From Epithemia pelagica (Eukaryota > Protista > Bacillariophyta): a DNA stretch of 64,000 nucleotides. Below the pieces are notes generated by a model. That model was not told where the DNA came from and searched no databases. It worked only from the letters and a program-made list of their open reading frames with translations. Location: the NCBI GenBank assembly GCA_946965045.2, contig OX337230.1, positions 992,001 through 1,056,000 on the forward strand, given 5' to 3'. Positions 21,231 to 32,800 of this stretch are shown here, one piece after another. The translations under genes and the position numbers were made by a program. Position 1 is the first letter of the stretch; every line of letters starts with the position of its first letter.

Positions 21231-23105
21231 GAGTCACTGTTCGGACCCAATATACTGTCCCAATGGACTAGTATAGGGTCCTTTGAGATGAGGATCGAGC
21301 CAGGCCAAGCAACCAATCACCAGAAATCAACAATCAACCTCAGTCAACCTCAGTCAATGGTGCCCACTGGTCCAGATGGCAGCTGTAACCCAAAAGAGGA
21401 CGAGAAAATTTTTCAGCCAAGAGTCACTGTTCGGACCCAATATACTGTCCCAATAGACTAGTATAGGGTCTTTTGAGATGAGGATCAAGCCAGGTCAAGC
21501 AACCAATCACCAGAAATCAACAATCAACCTCAGTCACTGGTGCCCACTGGTCCAGATGGCAGCTGCAACCCAAAAGAGGACGAAAATATTTTTCAGCCGA
21601 GAGTCACTATTCGGACCCAATATACTGTCCCAATAGACTAGTATAGGGTCCTTTGAGATGAGGATCAAGCCAGGTCAAGCAACCAATCACCAGAAATCAA
21701 CAATCAACCTCAGTCAATGGTGCCCACTGGTCCAGATGGCAGCTGTAACCCAAAAGAGGACGAGAAAATTTTTCAGCCGAGAGTCACTATTCGGACCCAA
21801 TATACTGTCCCAATAGACTAGTATAGGGTCCTTTGAGATGAGGATCAAGCCAGATCAAGCAACCAATCACCAGAAATCAACAATCAACCTCAGTCAATGG
21901 TGCCCACTGGTCCAGATGGCAGCTGTAACCCAAAAGAGGACGAGAAAATTTTTCAGCCGAGAGTCACTATTCGGACCCAATATACTGTCCCAATAGACTA
22001 GTATAGGGTCCTTTGAGATGAGGATCAAACCAGGTCAAGCAACCAATCACCAGAAATCAACAATCAACCTCAGTCAATGGTGCCCACTGGTCCAGATGGC
22101 AGCTGCAACCCAAAAGAGGACGAGAAAATTTTTCAGCCGAGAGTCACTATTCGGACCCAATATACTGTCCCAATAGACTAGTATAGGGTCCTTTGAGATG
22201 AGGATCAAGCCAGGTCAAGCAACCAATCACCAGAAATCAACAATCAACCTCAGTCAATGGTGCCCACAGGTCCAGATGGCAGCTGCAACCCAAAAGAGGA
22301 CGAGAAATTTTTTCAGCCGAGAATCACTGTTCGGACCCAATATACTGTCCCAATAGACTAGTATAGAGTCCTTTGAGACAAGGATCAAGCCAGGTCAAGC
22401 AACCAATCACCAGAAATCAACAATCAACCTCAGTCAATGGTGCCCACTGGTCCAGATGGCAGCTGCAACCCAAAAGAGGACGAGAAAATTTTTCAGCCGA
22501 GAGTCACTATTTGGACCCAATATACTGTCCCAATAGACTAGTATAGGGTCCTTTGAGATGAGGATCGAGCCAGGCCAAACAACCAATCACCAGAAATCAA
22601 CAATCAACCTCAGTCAATGGTGCCCACTGGTCCAGATGGCAGCTGCAACCCAAAAGAGGACGAGAAAATTTTTCAGCTGAGAATCACTGTTCGGACCCAA
22701 TATACTGTCCCAATAGACTAGTATAGAGTCCTTTGAGACAAGGATCAAGCCAGGTCAAGCAACAAATCACCAGAAATCAACAATCAACCTCAGTCAATGG
22801 TGCCCACTGGTCCAGATGGCAGCTGCAACCCAAAAGAGGACGAGAAAATTTTTCAGCCGAGAGTCACTATTCGGACCCAATATACTGTCCCAATAGACTA
22901 GTATAGGGTCCTTTGAGATGAGGATCGAGCCAGGTCAAGCAACCAATCACCAGAAATCAACAATCAACCTCAGTCAATGGTGCCCACTGGTCCAGATGGC
23001 AGCTGCAACCCAAAAGAGGACGAGAAAATTTTTCAGCCGAGAATCACTGTTCGGACCCAATATACTGTCCCAATAGACTAGTATAGAGTCCTTTGAGACA
23101 AGGAT
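21231..23105. repeat. Tandem array, ~10.4 x 180 bp (first unit 190 bp)
   Basis: Units start gagtcact/gaatcact at 21231, 21421, 21601, 21781, 21961, 22141, 22321, 22501, 22681, 22861 and 23041 (partial). No long ORF in any frame. Confidence 0.97.
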
Positions 23106-23470
23106 CTGACAGAATCAAGCAAAAAGCAACAACCAAATGATCCTTCAAATGAGTTGCTTGTTGAAGCCAACACAAATTCAAAGTCAATGAAAAAAGAGTT
23201 GCTGGAAAGAGATTGCCCTTGCAAGTAGAGCAATGAGTGCCTTTGAGCGTTATGCAAAGCTATTCAAATATTCGATCATTCCAAAAGACTTATCTTACAA
23301 GACTGTTTTAGCAACAAGATCGACAAAACTGTCCATTGTCCATTGTTATGCTGCACTGCACCCATTCAATTTTTGGTGGGTGGGAAGTTTCGAGTGCCAA
23401 GCCAACACTCGATGAAATTTTTCCTCTTGTGGGAAAGGAAATTTGGTGCGAAAGACAGACTTGGGGAAGG

Positions 23471-23510
23471 ACGACTGTCAGACGATTTAGAGGTGGTCAC
23501 CGATACAGAG
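23471..23510 (-). repeat. Right terminal inverted repeat of the MULE-like element
   Basis: acgactgtcagacgatttagaggtggtcaccgatacagag, inverse of 14228-14267 (38/40). Confidence 0.85.
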
Positions 23511-24015
23511 CCAAACTAGGACATATCTATTGTTAAGCCCATCCATTTTCTGATCCTTGCATTTCTTACAGAATGCAAGAAGTAAGCAGCAAGCGCAAGC
23601 AGCCATGACGTCAAAACAGTCCCAGTCCGACATGCGATTTTCGTGGATTACTCGTAAGGTACTCCCCAAGTTAATTTAGTCTTGCAAGACTCACGACCTA
23701 CTTACCATCCCCAGTGGTGCCATCCCCATTCCGCATTCCCCATATCCCTCCGACTATTTTTATTTTCGTTTTTCCTGCGCCAAAGCTCCATTTTGGATTT
23801 GCAGCAAAACCATCAGTCTCATTGTGGTTGTGATATTGCCATTGCTAAGGTTTGGTCCTATGGGACAGTCTATTCCCTTCGGTTCATTTGATAGATTTAA
23901 CCATACTGGTACCTCCTGGTACTGGTACCAGGCACCGACAACGCGGCACCGAACACGAGAGTTCCAGTTTTGATCTCTTCTCGATGCCCACCTCCACGGG
24001 CAGTATTCGAGACGA

Positions 24016-24957
24016 ATGAATCTAAACGTTACTGTGGAAGACTTGCGACTTGGTCACTACGAGTCGCAACAACGGCTTCTTTTCAAAAACTTGGTCCAGA
24101 AACGAGCCATACTGAACCATCCGGGCGACGATATAATACCCACGCAATTTGTACAATGTGAATTGTTGAAATTGATGATAGAAAATTCAGTAGGCGAATC
24201 TGGGATAATTGTGGTTCATGCTGAACGTGGACTCGGAAAGACAACTGCTGCCAAGTTCATTCTAAAAAATTCGGCGGGGGGCGTCATGTTTTGCAACCCT
24301 CAGAGCACCAGCACGGCTGGTCTTTACTGGAAAGGCGTCGCTCAGTCTATCGGTATACCTCCAGATGTTTACGAGAAAGACCATGGATGGGAGACGCTCT
24401 TGGTGAAAGCTGTAGCAGCAGCAGAAAGGCAAGATACGAAAGAAGAACCAAGTCGCTCGTCCTGGATCAGTCAGGTTTTGGATCGCTTCACTACGCGTTG
24501 TGGCGCGCAATTGGACCCTCACGATGATTTTGATCCACCCAGTATTGAAGGATACACACTTCCACCGATCAAAGAGAGGGCCGTGATTGTTTTCGATGAC
24601 TTCAATGATGTGGAGAATGGGGACATTGTGTTTATGAAACATTTGTTCCCAATAGTAGAAGGATACGGTGTCCTGGCCTTTGTCCTGGTGAGAGACGAAC
24701 ACACGGCAAATCGCCTGATAAGACTTAATGGTTGGGGGAGAATCGCACCTTTGGAAGGAATGTGCAAAGATATTAGCAAGGGCAGCGGGGAAAAGATTCC
24801 TCAATGGGTACCACCGAGATGGACCAGATCTCAGCTGGTAGCCCTTGTACGTTCTCGAATTAGCAGCAACGTTGATTTAGAAAGCCTGGAAATTGCCGAT
24901 GGAGACAACCCTTTCGATGTTCTCAAGCGCGCGAGGAAAATTTTGTTACACAGCTAG
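24016..24957 (+). CDS. P-loop NTPase (AAA+/STAND-like ATPase domain protein)
   Basis: 313-aa ORF. IIVVHAERGLGKTTAA (Walker A variant) and AVIVFDDFND (Walker B). Confidence 0.7.
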   Translation: MNLNVTVEDLRLGHYESQQRLLFKNLVQKRAILNHPGDDIIPTQFVQCELLKLMIENSVGESGIIVVHAERGLGKTTAAKFILKNSAGGVMFCNPQSTSTAGLYWKGVAQSIGIPPDVYEKDHGWETLLVKAVAAAERQDTKEEPSRSSWISQVLDRFTTRCGAQLDPHDDFDPPSIEGYTLPPIKERAVIVFDDFNDVENGDIVFMKHLFPIVEGYGVLAFVLVRDEHTANRLIRLNGWGRIAPLEGMCKDISKGSGEKIPQWVPPRWTRSQLVALVRSRISSNVDLESLEIADGDNPFDVLKRARKILLHS

Positions 24958-26313
24958 AGGTCTCGTCCTCTTGCTTTGCTTGACGATTGCAGCCGCTATT
25001 ACACGCCACTCCCCGGTGGCGCGAGAGGGTGGAACGAGCTGTTGTTACTGCGAATGAACAGTTGGAAGAAGCGGAGTTGCGAACGAAAAAGGCCACCTGG
25101 AAATCCGAAAGCTACTACAGCAAGAGGAAGGCCTCCAAAGTGGATAGATCAGACGATGATAGTAGCTGAGTTTTTCTACATGGTGCACACAATGTTCGGA
25201 TGCCACAAACTCTTCCCAACAACAGCGACAGCGACGATGCTGAACAAACAATCAAAACTATCTCAATCACACCAACCAAATATCCAAACCAGGATCATAG
25301 TTCTTTTAGTGACCTTGGTGTGCTGGACAATTTGCGGATTATTGGTTCCCACTTTTGTCCCTCATTTTTTCGCAAAGATTTGGATCCATTTTTTTGACAA
25401 ACGGAAAGGTGTAGGTGCAGTCAGTACGAGTAGACTACTCCCTTTCCATTCACTATTTTATATTTAACGCTAGAAGTTTCTCCTACAACCTACAGATCAC
25501 TGAATCCCGGTTCATTCCCAGTTGGCATGACTCAATACGAAAGCTGTAAATCGGATTGTCTGGGCCGGCGACTCGGACATGTCTTTGTCTGCACTTAGTC
25601 GGGAAACAAGTCCGTCAATCGGGAATCCGGCATCCACAATCCACACGATTCGCTTCGACGAAACGGTGTCAAGACGCCATGGGTAAACTCAGGCGCTACA
25701 TAAACAAATCAAGCCTTCTCAGATTTATAGTTCATTAATTAAAATAGCTCCGTATCATTGATTGAGCTCTGGAGAGTAAGCTCCATCTGAAACACACGCA
25801 GTTCCTTGTTCTTCGTAGCACCATGTAAATCATCCGCGCATGTGGTTTGTAGTTGGTGGTCGTTCTTTGTCTTTTTTGTTTTTTGCTAGTGTTGTCGGTT
25901 GTCGGTTCTGGGTTCTTCTGCTGGATCTGTTGTTGAGCAACGCCTGCCTCTTCTAAAGAGCTTCTTGAGCATTGAAGGCACTGATTGAACAAACGGAACC
26001 ACACGGTGTGAGAGAGAGCATTGGTGTTGCCCCTTCTCTCTCTCTCTCTCCTCCCATTGGGTTGCCATTTGTTTGTCGGTGGAGGTGCTGCACCCATCGG
26101 GGCTTGTACACGTCCGCTCCAGGGCTCCAGAGAACCACGACGGGTCCTAGGACCAAAGGAAATTTCAATTCAAGTCTATTCTGGAAGACTGAGGAGTGGA
26201 TCGATTCCACACTACCACAACAATTGATTTCGATTGAAAGTCTGGTCCACACACTCGAGCCTTTTAATTTTCTCCTCCTTTGCTGGTTTCTCTCCTTCCA
26301 TCATTGTACAATC

Positions 26314-28500
26314 ATGAGTCATTCGGCGGCACAATTGCGAACGGCTGAATTGACCGCGAAATGTACCGGTGGGTTATCGATTGTGGGGTCGTCGGCCATT
26401 TTGTACGATATTTTGGTTTTGGGAGGCAAACGACAACGGGGACGACGATCACACAAGAAACAGCGGCGGAAAAAACGAGATCGAGGATCCAGAATGTCCA
26501 TGTTGTCGCAATTGTTGGTGGGTATGTCCTTTTTTGATATCGGTGCGAGTTCCATGTACATTGTAGGAAGCTGGGCCATTCCTCGCGATCATGGCGAAGA
26601 CAATCCCAATATTTTTCAACCCAGTGGAACCGATCAAACCTGTCGCACACAAGCCTTTTTGTTTCAAACCTTTGCTTCCGCCATTCCCATGTACAATTTA
26701 AGTTTGGCTCTCTATTCGTTTTTGGCCGTTAATCGACAATGGAAAGAAGAAACCTTTCAAGCGCGACGATGGAGATTCCATGTCCTACCGGCCTGTTTTG
26801 GGACCATTACAGCGACCTATGGCTTGTTACATGATCAATTCAACCCCAATGAATTGTGGTGTTGGTTTTCAGGAACCGAACAATCGGACATGCTGAAATT
26901 TGTCGTGTATTACGGTCCGCTATGGGTCGTCTTTTGGACCATTGTCATTTTGTTTGCCCTCATGTATCGACATGTCCGAGAAATTGAACAAGAATTGGCA
27001 CAGAACAAGGATTCGACCGTGAATACGAATTCCACCAATGGAAGTTCCCCACCCGGAATGACGCCTCAGGATGAGTACGGAAACAGCGACGAGCAGTATC
27101 CGGAAAAGAAGGAGAGTTATGAACGCACGAGTCGAGCTACACCGCCGGGTTGTTCCTCATCCTTTGTCTCCTCCTCGTCCGAGATTGATGAAGGGCCAAT
27201 GAGCAATGACCTGTCCGATCATAAACGGCACGACTATGATTCCAATTCAGAAGAAATTGGAATAGACTCGACAGACTCGAGTGAAGAATTCAAGCCAAGG
27301 ATTCCTCCAAAGAGCATGATGCATTCTCACGAGAGCACGACTCCAAAGGATGAACTGGACATGAGTCTTTCAAAGAACAAGCAGGCCTCGGATGGTATAC
27401 ACCCACAACTCATGCGCCTCAGTCAAATTCCCTCTCCCCGCAATCCTCCGCACAAATCCAAGAAATCCAAATCGTTCACCTCACGCCAGACGGTGGGTCT
27501 ACGGAGGGCTGTCTTTGTGCAAGGCATTCAATTTGCCTGTGTCTTTATTTTAACCTTTTTGTTCCCCACCATTACCCGATCACAACAATTGCACAAGGAA
27601 ACGGTCCGATTTCCAGTCTTGTTCTTTATGACCTTGTTTTTACCCTTGCAAGGCTTTTTGAATTCCTTGGTTTACTTTCGCAAGGAATTGCAGTATTATT
27701 TGTGTCAAGCACCAAGACACCACCTCTACGGATATCGGCACTCCAAAGAAGGTGCGAATGCGGGGGTTCTCTCTTGTGTCTGGTTTTATGTATGGGGTTG
27801 TATCACTAGTTGTTTTGTGGCGTGTCGCTGTCGCAGCAAGGAAAATGAGAACGATCTCGCCAGGGCGGCCTATCATCGTCGTCGGCGATGTTTGGCAGCC
27901 GGTGCGGCTGGTGGTGGTGGGCGAGTCATGGTGTCGCCTCGTCCCACAACGAGTGATGTGTCTCCCAGTTCGGTAGTGGGTGTTCGGTCGGCCGACCGGT
28001 ATTACGATGAATCGGGAGCCGCCTCCACAAAATCACGAGGGGGTGGTGGCATGTATTCGCGTGTCACTTCGACTGCCTTGTCCGCCCGTGTCAGTTCGTT
28101 TCAGGAACTGGATCTCGTTCTCGAAGAGGACGAGGAAGAAGGCGGAGAAAAGGAACAAAGACCCAATAATGAAACGACCCAAAGTGACGAGAACCAAACA
28201 AAGTCCACGGAGAGTAGTGCAACTACCATCCGAAGAGTCCATGAATTGGATGCGTTAGCAACGTGGCATGAAACAGAGTCGGAGCCAGAATCAAGAAAAG
28301 AAGAAACCGAAGAAGAAATAAACGATGGCCAACCCTACGCAAAACAAGACGATGAGGACCAAATGGGACCTTTACCCACCATAACCGCTACTGAAAGTGA
28401 GAACAAAACAAACGACGACATCAGTAACGACACCCTTTCACCGGCCATGGACGATCGTGACCAGAATCAGGAATCAGAAGCAGGGGAGACAGGAAGCTGA
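26314..28500 (+). CDS. 7TM GPCR, Git3/cAMP-receptor-like (paralog 3)
   Basis: Start MSHSAAQLRTAELTAKCTGG at 26314. Seven helices with the same motifs; long Ser/Asp-rich third intracellular loop and acidic C-tail. Confidence 0.85.
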   Translation: MSHSAAQLRTAELTAKCTGGLSIVGSSAILYDILVLGGKRQRGRRSHKKQRRKKRDRGSRMSMLSQLLVGMSFFDIGASSMYIVGSWAIPRDHGEDNPNIFQPSGTDQTCRTQAFLFQTFASAIPMYNLSLALYSFLAVNRQWKEETFQARRWRFHVLPACFGTITATYGLLHDQFNPNELWCWFSGTEQSDMLKFVVYYGPLWVVFWTIVILFALMYRHVREIEQELAQNKDSTVNTNSTNGSSPPGMTPQDEYGNSDEQYPEKKESYERTSRATPPGCSSSFVSSSSEIDEGPMSNDLSDHKRHDYDSNSEEIGIDSTDSSEEFKPRIPPKSMMHSHESTTPKDELDMSLSKNKQASDGIHPQLMRLSQIPSPRNPPHKSKKSKSFTSRQTVGLRRAVFVQGIQFACVFILTFLFPTITRSQQLHKETVRFPVLFFMTLFLPLQGFLNSLVYFRKELQYYLCQAPRHHLYGYRHSKEGANAGVLSCVWFYVWGCITSCFVACRCRSKENENDLARAAYHRRRRCLAAGAAGGGGRVMVSPRPTTSDVSPSSVVGVRSADRYYDESGAASTKSRGGGGMYSRVTSTALSARVSSFQELDLVLEEDEEEGGEKEQRPNNETTQSDENQTKSTESSATTIRRVHELDALATWHETESEPESRKEETEEEINDGQPYAKQDDEDQMGPLPTITATESENKTNDDISNDTLSPAMDDRDQNQESEAGETGS

Positions 28501-28626
28501 GAACACGGTGTCACTCAGATAAGAGGACAGCAGCAGTCAAGTTCGGGAAACTTGTGAGCCGGCGCTCTCCCTCTACCACTAAAACTACTGATAGATGAGA
28601 CAATTCGAGCGATTATTGAAAATCGT

Positions 28627-28735
28627 GCATCAATGCTTGGATTTCACCATTGTTTGACCATGAAGCAGCTTCCAACTTGTTTGCATCAAGGCTTGGATTT
28701 CACCATTGTTTGACCATGACGCAGCGCCCAGCTTC
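28627..28735. repeat. Short tandem duplication (~56-bp period, 2 copies)
   Basis: gcatcaa.gcttggattt(t)caccattgtttgaccatga.gcagc occurs at 28627 and 28683. Confidence 0.8.
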
Positions 28736-29839
28736 CTATGCTGATGGAACTCTTCCCCAACGAAATCAAGATGCATGATCGGTGAACAGGCAAGTACCAG
28801 GCGCATTGCCTACACAAATTTGATTCATGTGCCATTTCTAGTTATAATTTTGAAAATGCCTGTTGACTTGTTACACTTATTCCCTTGGTTTTTCATCTAT
28901 TGTGGAAATTCCAAAATAGATCGTCAGAGCTTTGATCCATTATCTGGTGATTCAATTCGGCTCCTGCTCGTCCGCATTATGGAGGTGACATTTTGCCCTA
29001 TCCAGAAACTGGCTCGTCTGTCATCATCATGCGAGAGGCACGTGGCTTCGTTGGCACTGCTTCCCGTGTGGTTCACCTCTTTGCAAGTATACGCCATCCC
29101 ACTTTAGCAACTCCTCCTCCACCAGGTGCCATCCAGGTTAGAAAGCCTGTTTGCTTTCAGGGCTAGATAAGGCACAAGGAGACCCAAAACACCACCCCAA
29201 AGCATCAAGGGGTCGTTTTGCAAGACTCATCATGACTTAGCCATAGGGATTGAGAGAACCCAGCATCTTCCATTTTCGAATTTTGATGGGATACAGTTTA
29301 TTTTAGAGCGATTATTGGAATTTGAACATGAATTCTCAGGACTATTTTTGGTCACCTATTCGAAGTCTACTATTTCTCAGCGCTCGTCCTTTTTTCGCGC
29401 GGTTTCCCGTCACGGAACGACTTGAACAAGACAATGGATTTTCGCGTGGGAGTGTGTATTACAGTGCATTGTCGCCGAACCATGATCGAAGTACGACTAA
29501 AACTAGCAAAAGAGACGTTAGGCTAGCAAATGGCCCATCCCCCATCACTTATCAAACGCGTCGGATTCACCCGTTACAAAGACGCATGGATGCCAATCCA
29601 TTTCTTCGCCCTACACGCAACGGGATGGAGTCTCTCCATCCATCTATTTCATGGGTTCATTTTTTGTCAAGAATAGGCATGTCCATCCGAAAAAATGGAA
29701 ATCCCCGGTCCGGCACAAATGACAAATTCGATCATGTGATCCTTCCATCACATAAAGTCAAACTAGGGGCAAGAACTCTAGAGGCGAAAGACATTCGTCC
29801 AAATACACTTCTGAATCCCTGAGCAGCGATTCTGAGGCC

Positions 29840-32800
29840 ATGAAACTATTCCACAAGGTTGACAACGTTAATGGTAATGGAGCCTTGCTCTGTTGGTTGA
29901 CGATGACCAGCGTGTTTCAACCGAGCTTAGCAGTCCACAGTCTTATTCGAGGAGGTAGGAACGGTAACGAACCGAAGCAGATGTTCACAGACCCTACCTT
30001 CTCCCAGCAACAAGCTCGTTCCTTGTCCTTTCAATTTGATACAGCTCAATGCGCCAGTTATCCCAACTGTGATCGCATGGATGGAGACTGTTGTCCAGCG
30101 GCTGACGGAGAAGTCATGAACTGTTGTTTGGAACCAGGAACCTGTGAAGCTACCCCCAAATGCTCAAACGAAGGACTGCGTGGTGAATGTTGTCCGACCC
30201 TCAAGGGCGAGATGCTTCCGTGTTGCTTTGACAGTCTTGAGATCCCTGAGGTGCAATCCTTTGTGGCCACCACAACGGCTACGACCAGTCCGCCATCCGC
30301 AAGCGTTGCTCCTTCATTCGAACCTTCTCTCGCACCTTCGTCAACACCATCAACTTCAATGCCTTCGTCAGAACCAAGTGTTCAACCAACCATTTCCGTG
30401 CCCCCCACTAGATTCGAAGAAGCAGCTGGAACTTGTGAGGCGTCACCCATGTGCGTTGAAGAAGGCTTGTCGGGATCCTGTTGTCCTACCAAGGTATCCA
30501 ATTCGTTTTTGCCCTGTTGTTTTCCAACTTCAGCACCCTCTTCCAGTCCCTCCGCCCTGCCTTCGGTCAGTCCGAGTCAAGAACCAAGTGCCAGCCCTAC
30601 TCTCAGCTCGTGTTCAGCCAATCCGCAGTGTGCCATCCAAGGCATCGAAGGCAATTGCTGCCCAAACCTCAAAGGTGAATGGGAAGACTGTTGTTTTCCT
30701 TCTGCGAGTCCATCAACAAGTCCTTCGTCGGTACCATCTGCATCATCCTTTCCCAGTGCCACGCCCAGTGTTACACCCGGCAATCACACCTGTGAAGCCA
30801 ATCCAGTGTGTGCGGCGGATGGCCTTCGAGGGCATTGTTGCCCAACCCTTACAGGGAACATGGAATCCTGTTGCAGTGCCAGTTTTAGTCCAAGCCCTTC
30901 GGTTACACCCAGTTCCAATCCATCCTTCTTCCCAACGACTTCGAGTGCTCCTTCGGTTATACCCACAGCCACACCATCTCATGGCCCGAGCAGGTTTCCT
31001 ACTTCGTTTCCCGTTTCACCTACGTCTTCTCCTCCGACTCTGAGCGGTGCTCCATTCTTGACGATTGTAGGAAATCCGACATTATCTCCAATCTCGATGA
31101 GCCCAGAAAGCCATTGTGGATCTACCACTCCTCCTTCGACTCAAGCTCCAATTGGGATCAGGTCGGAATACCCAAGTTCTTTTCCAAGTTCTCTACCTAG
31201 CTCGAACCCGACTAAAAGCCCTAGTCCCACTGTACAAACTACAACTTCGGACACGACTCCGGTCTACCAGAACCACCCCAGCAGAGAACCGAGTGTTGCA
31301 CCATCCGCTATGCCCTCATCATCAAGTCAACCGACGAGTAGCAGCCGACCTACATCCGAGGTATACAATAATCACCCAAGTATGACTCCGAGCTCCACTC
31401 CATCCACCATGCCGTCGACGACGTTTAACCCAACCCAAAGTGCTTTACCGACAAGGTATATTCATTCCAATACTCCAAGTTCCGTCCCGAGTGGGAGGCC
31501 TTCGACCAGCAGTAGTCCTTCCCAGAATCCATCCGATCATCCTAGCACACCACCCAGTTTGGCACCATCTACAACGCCCTCCACAAGCTACGAACCAACA
31601 CGTGCTGCTGGAACCAACCAACCAACCATCAGCAAGAACCCAAGTTCCATCCCCTCTTCGGCACCATCAACATCTGTGGAGCCTTCATCTTCAAGTGCTC
31701 CATCAAAGAGCTCGTCACCTTCCGTCGCGTACAACCATCCAAGCAGTCCACCCAGTTCAGAGCCATCTCAGCTGCCATCCATGACTTCACGTCCCTCGGC
31801 GAGTTCGGAGCCGTCCAGCGGGCCAAGTGCAGACAACTACAACCATCCAAGCCGTGAACCAAGCGTCACGCCATCATCGATGCCCTCTACGTCGTCAAAG
31901 CCTAGCAGCAGCTCAAGACCCTCAGAACAACCATCCATTACGCCGTCCTTGTCTTCCTCCCCAAGCAGCAGCTCACTCCCATCGGCTCAGCCTTCGATCA
32001 CATCTTACCCATCGGTTTTCCCCAGCGGGGATCCTTCGGCAAACCCAAGCATGGCACCGTCCGTCAGCACTGCACCAACTCCCTTGCAAAAGACAGGTCT
32101 TGTTGAAGATATCTCAAATTCACCATCAAACACACCCAGTCAGAGCTCCAATCCATCTGAACTACCGAGCACAAATCCATCATCTAATCCGAGTATGGAC
32201 CCAAGTTCAGTTCCCTCCTCGCTTCCATCTGTCAGTCCGAGTCAAAGTGCTGAACCTTCAAACTCCGTTCCCTCCTATGTTCCATCAACCAGTCCGAGCC
32301 AAAGCGCTAATCCGAGTGAATTTCCAAGTGTCTATCCATCCTTTTTTCCGAGCACCCTTCCAAGTTCTGGGCCATCATCATTACCGTCTACCAGCCCGAG
32401 TAAGAGTAGTGCCCCAAGCGGCTCCCCGAGCGCCAGTCCCTCGGTCACTCCAAGCATGGATCCAAGTTCTGTTCCGACATCCGTCCCTTCCAGCAATCCG
32501 TCCAACAGTCTGGCTCCAACCACTCAAACTGGAACACCCACCATGAGACCGGATTGTGGCTCTTCCACAACAACCCAAAGACCGACATCTCAACCTTCCA
32601 ATGCTCCATCCGAAAGTAGTTCGCCATCGGACGATCCATTGAACGGAGACGGACTCCTAGCAGACATATCACCCACGGCCTCTCCCAGCTCACCTCCTTC
32701 ATCCAACCCATCGGATAGTTCTGTCCCTTCGCAGGAACCCAGTCATGAACCAACCATCAGCCGCATGCCTTCTTCAAGCCCCAGCATGATTCCAAGTTCC

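Larger units (their letters stand above)
14228..23510. mobile_element. Mutator-like (MULE) composite DNA transposon, ~9.3 kb, with transposase, passenger gene and two tandem arrays
   Basis: 40-bp inverted repeats (38/40 identical) at 14228-14267 and 23471-23510 enclose the MULE transposase, 97-bp array, 750-aa ORF and 180-bp array. No 8-11 bp TSD recognised at these ends. Confidence 0.72.

Noticed and set aside
14127-23667. GGGGAG (14127) / CTCCCC (23662) as alternative outer ends of the MULE
   Set aside because: Only a few matching bases, unequal distance from the 40-bp TIRs, and no 8-11-bp direct duplication. The 2-bp CC flanking the 40-bp TIRs is also too short to call a TSD.
26031-26050. 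(CT)n microsatellite upstream of GPCR paralog 3, and similar GA/CA runs near 58135 and 60470
   Set aside because: Short simple repeats common in 5' regions; no specific function can be supported.
29322-29822. 166-aa TTG-start ORF upstream of the mucin-like gene
   Set aside because: No ATG start at the ORF boundary and no domain; it occupies the expected promoter/5' region.
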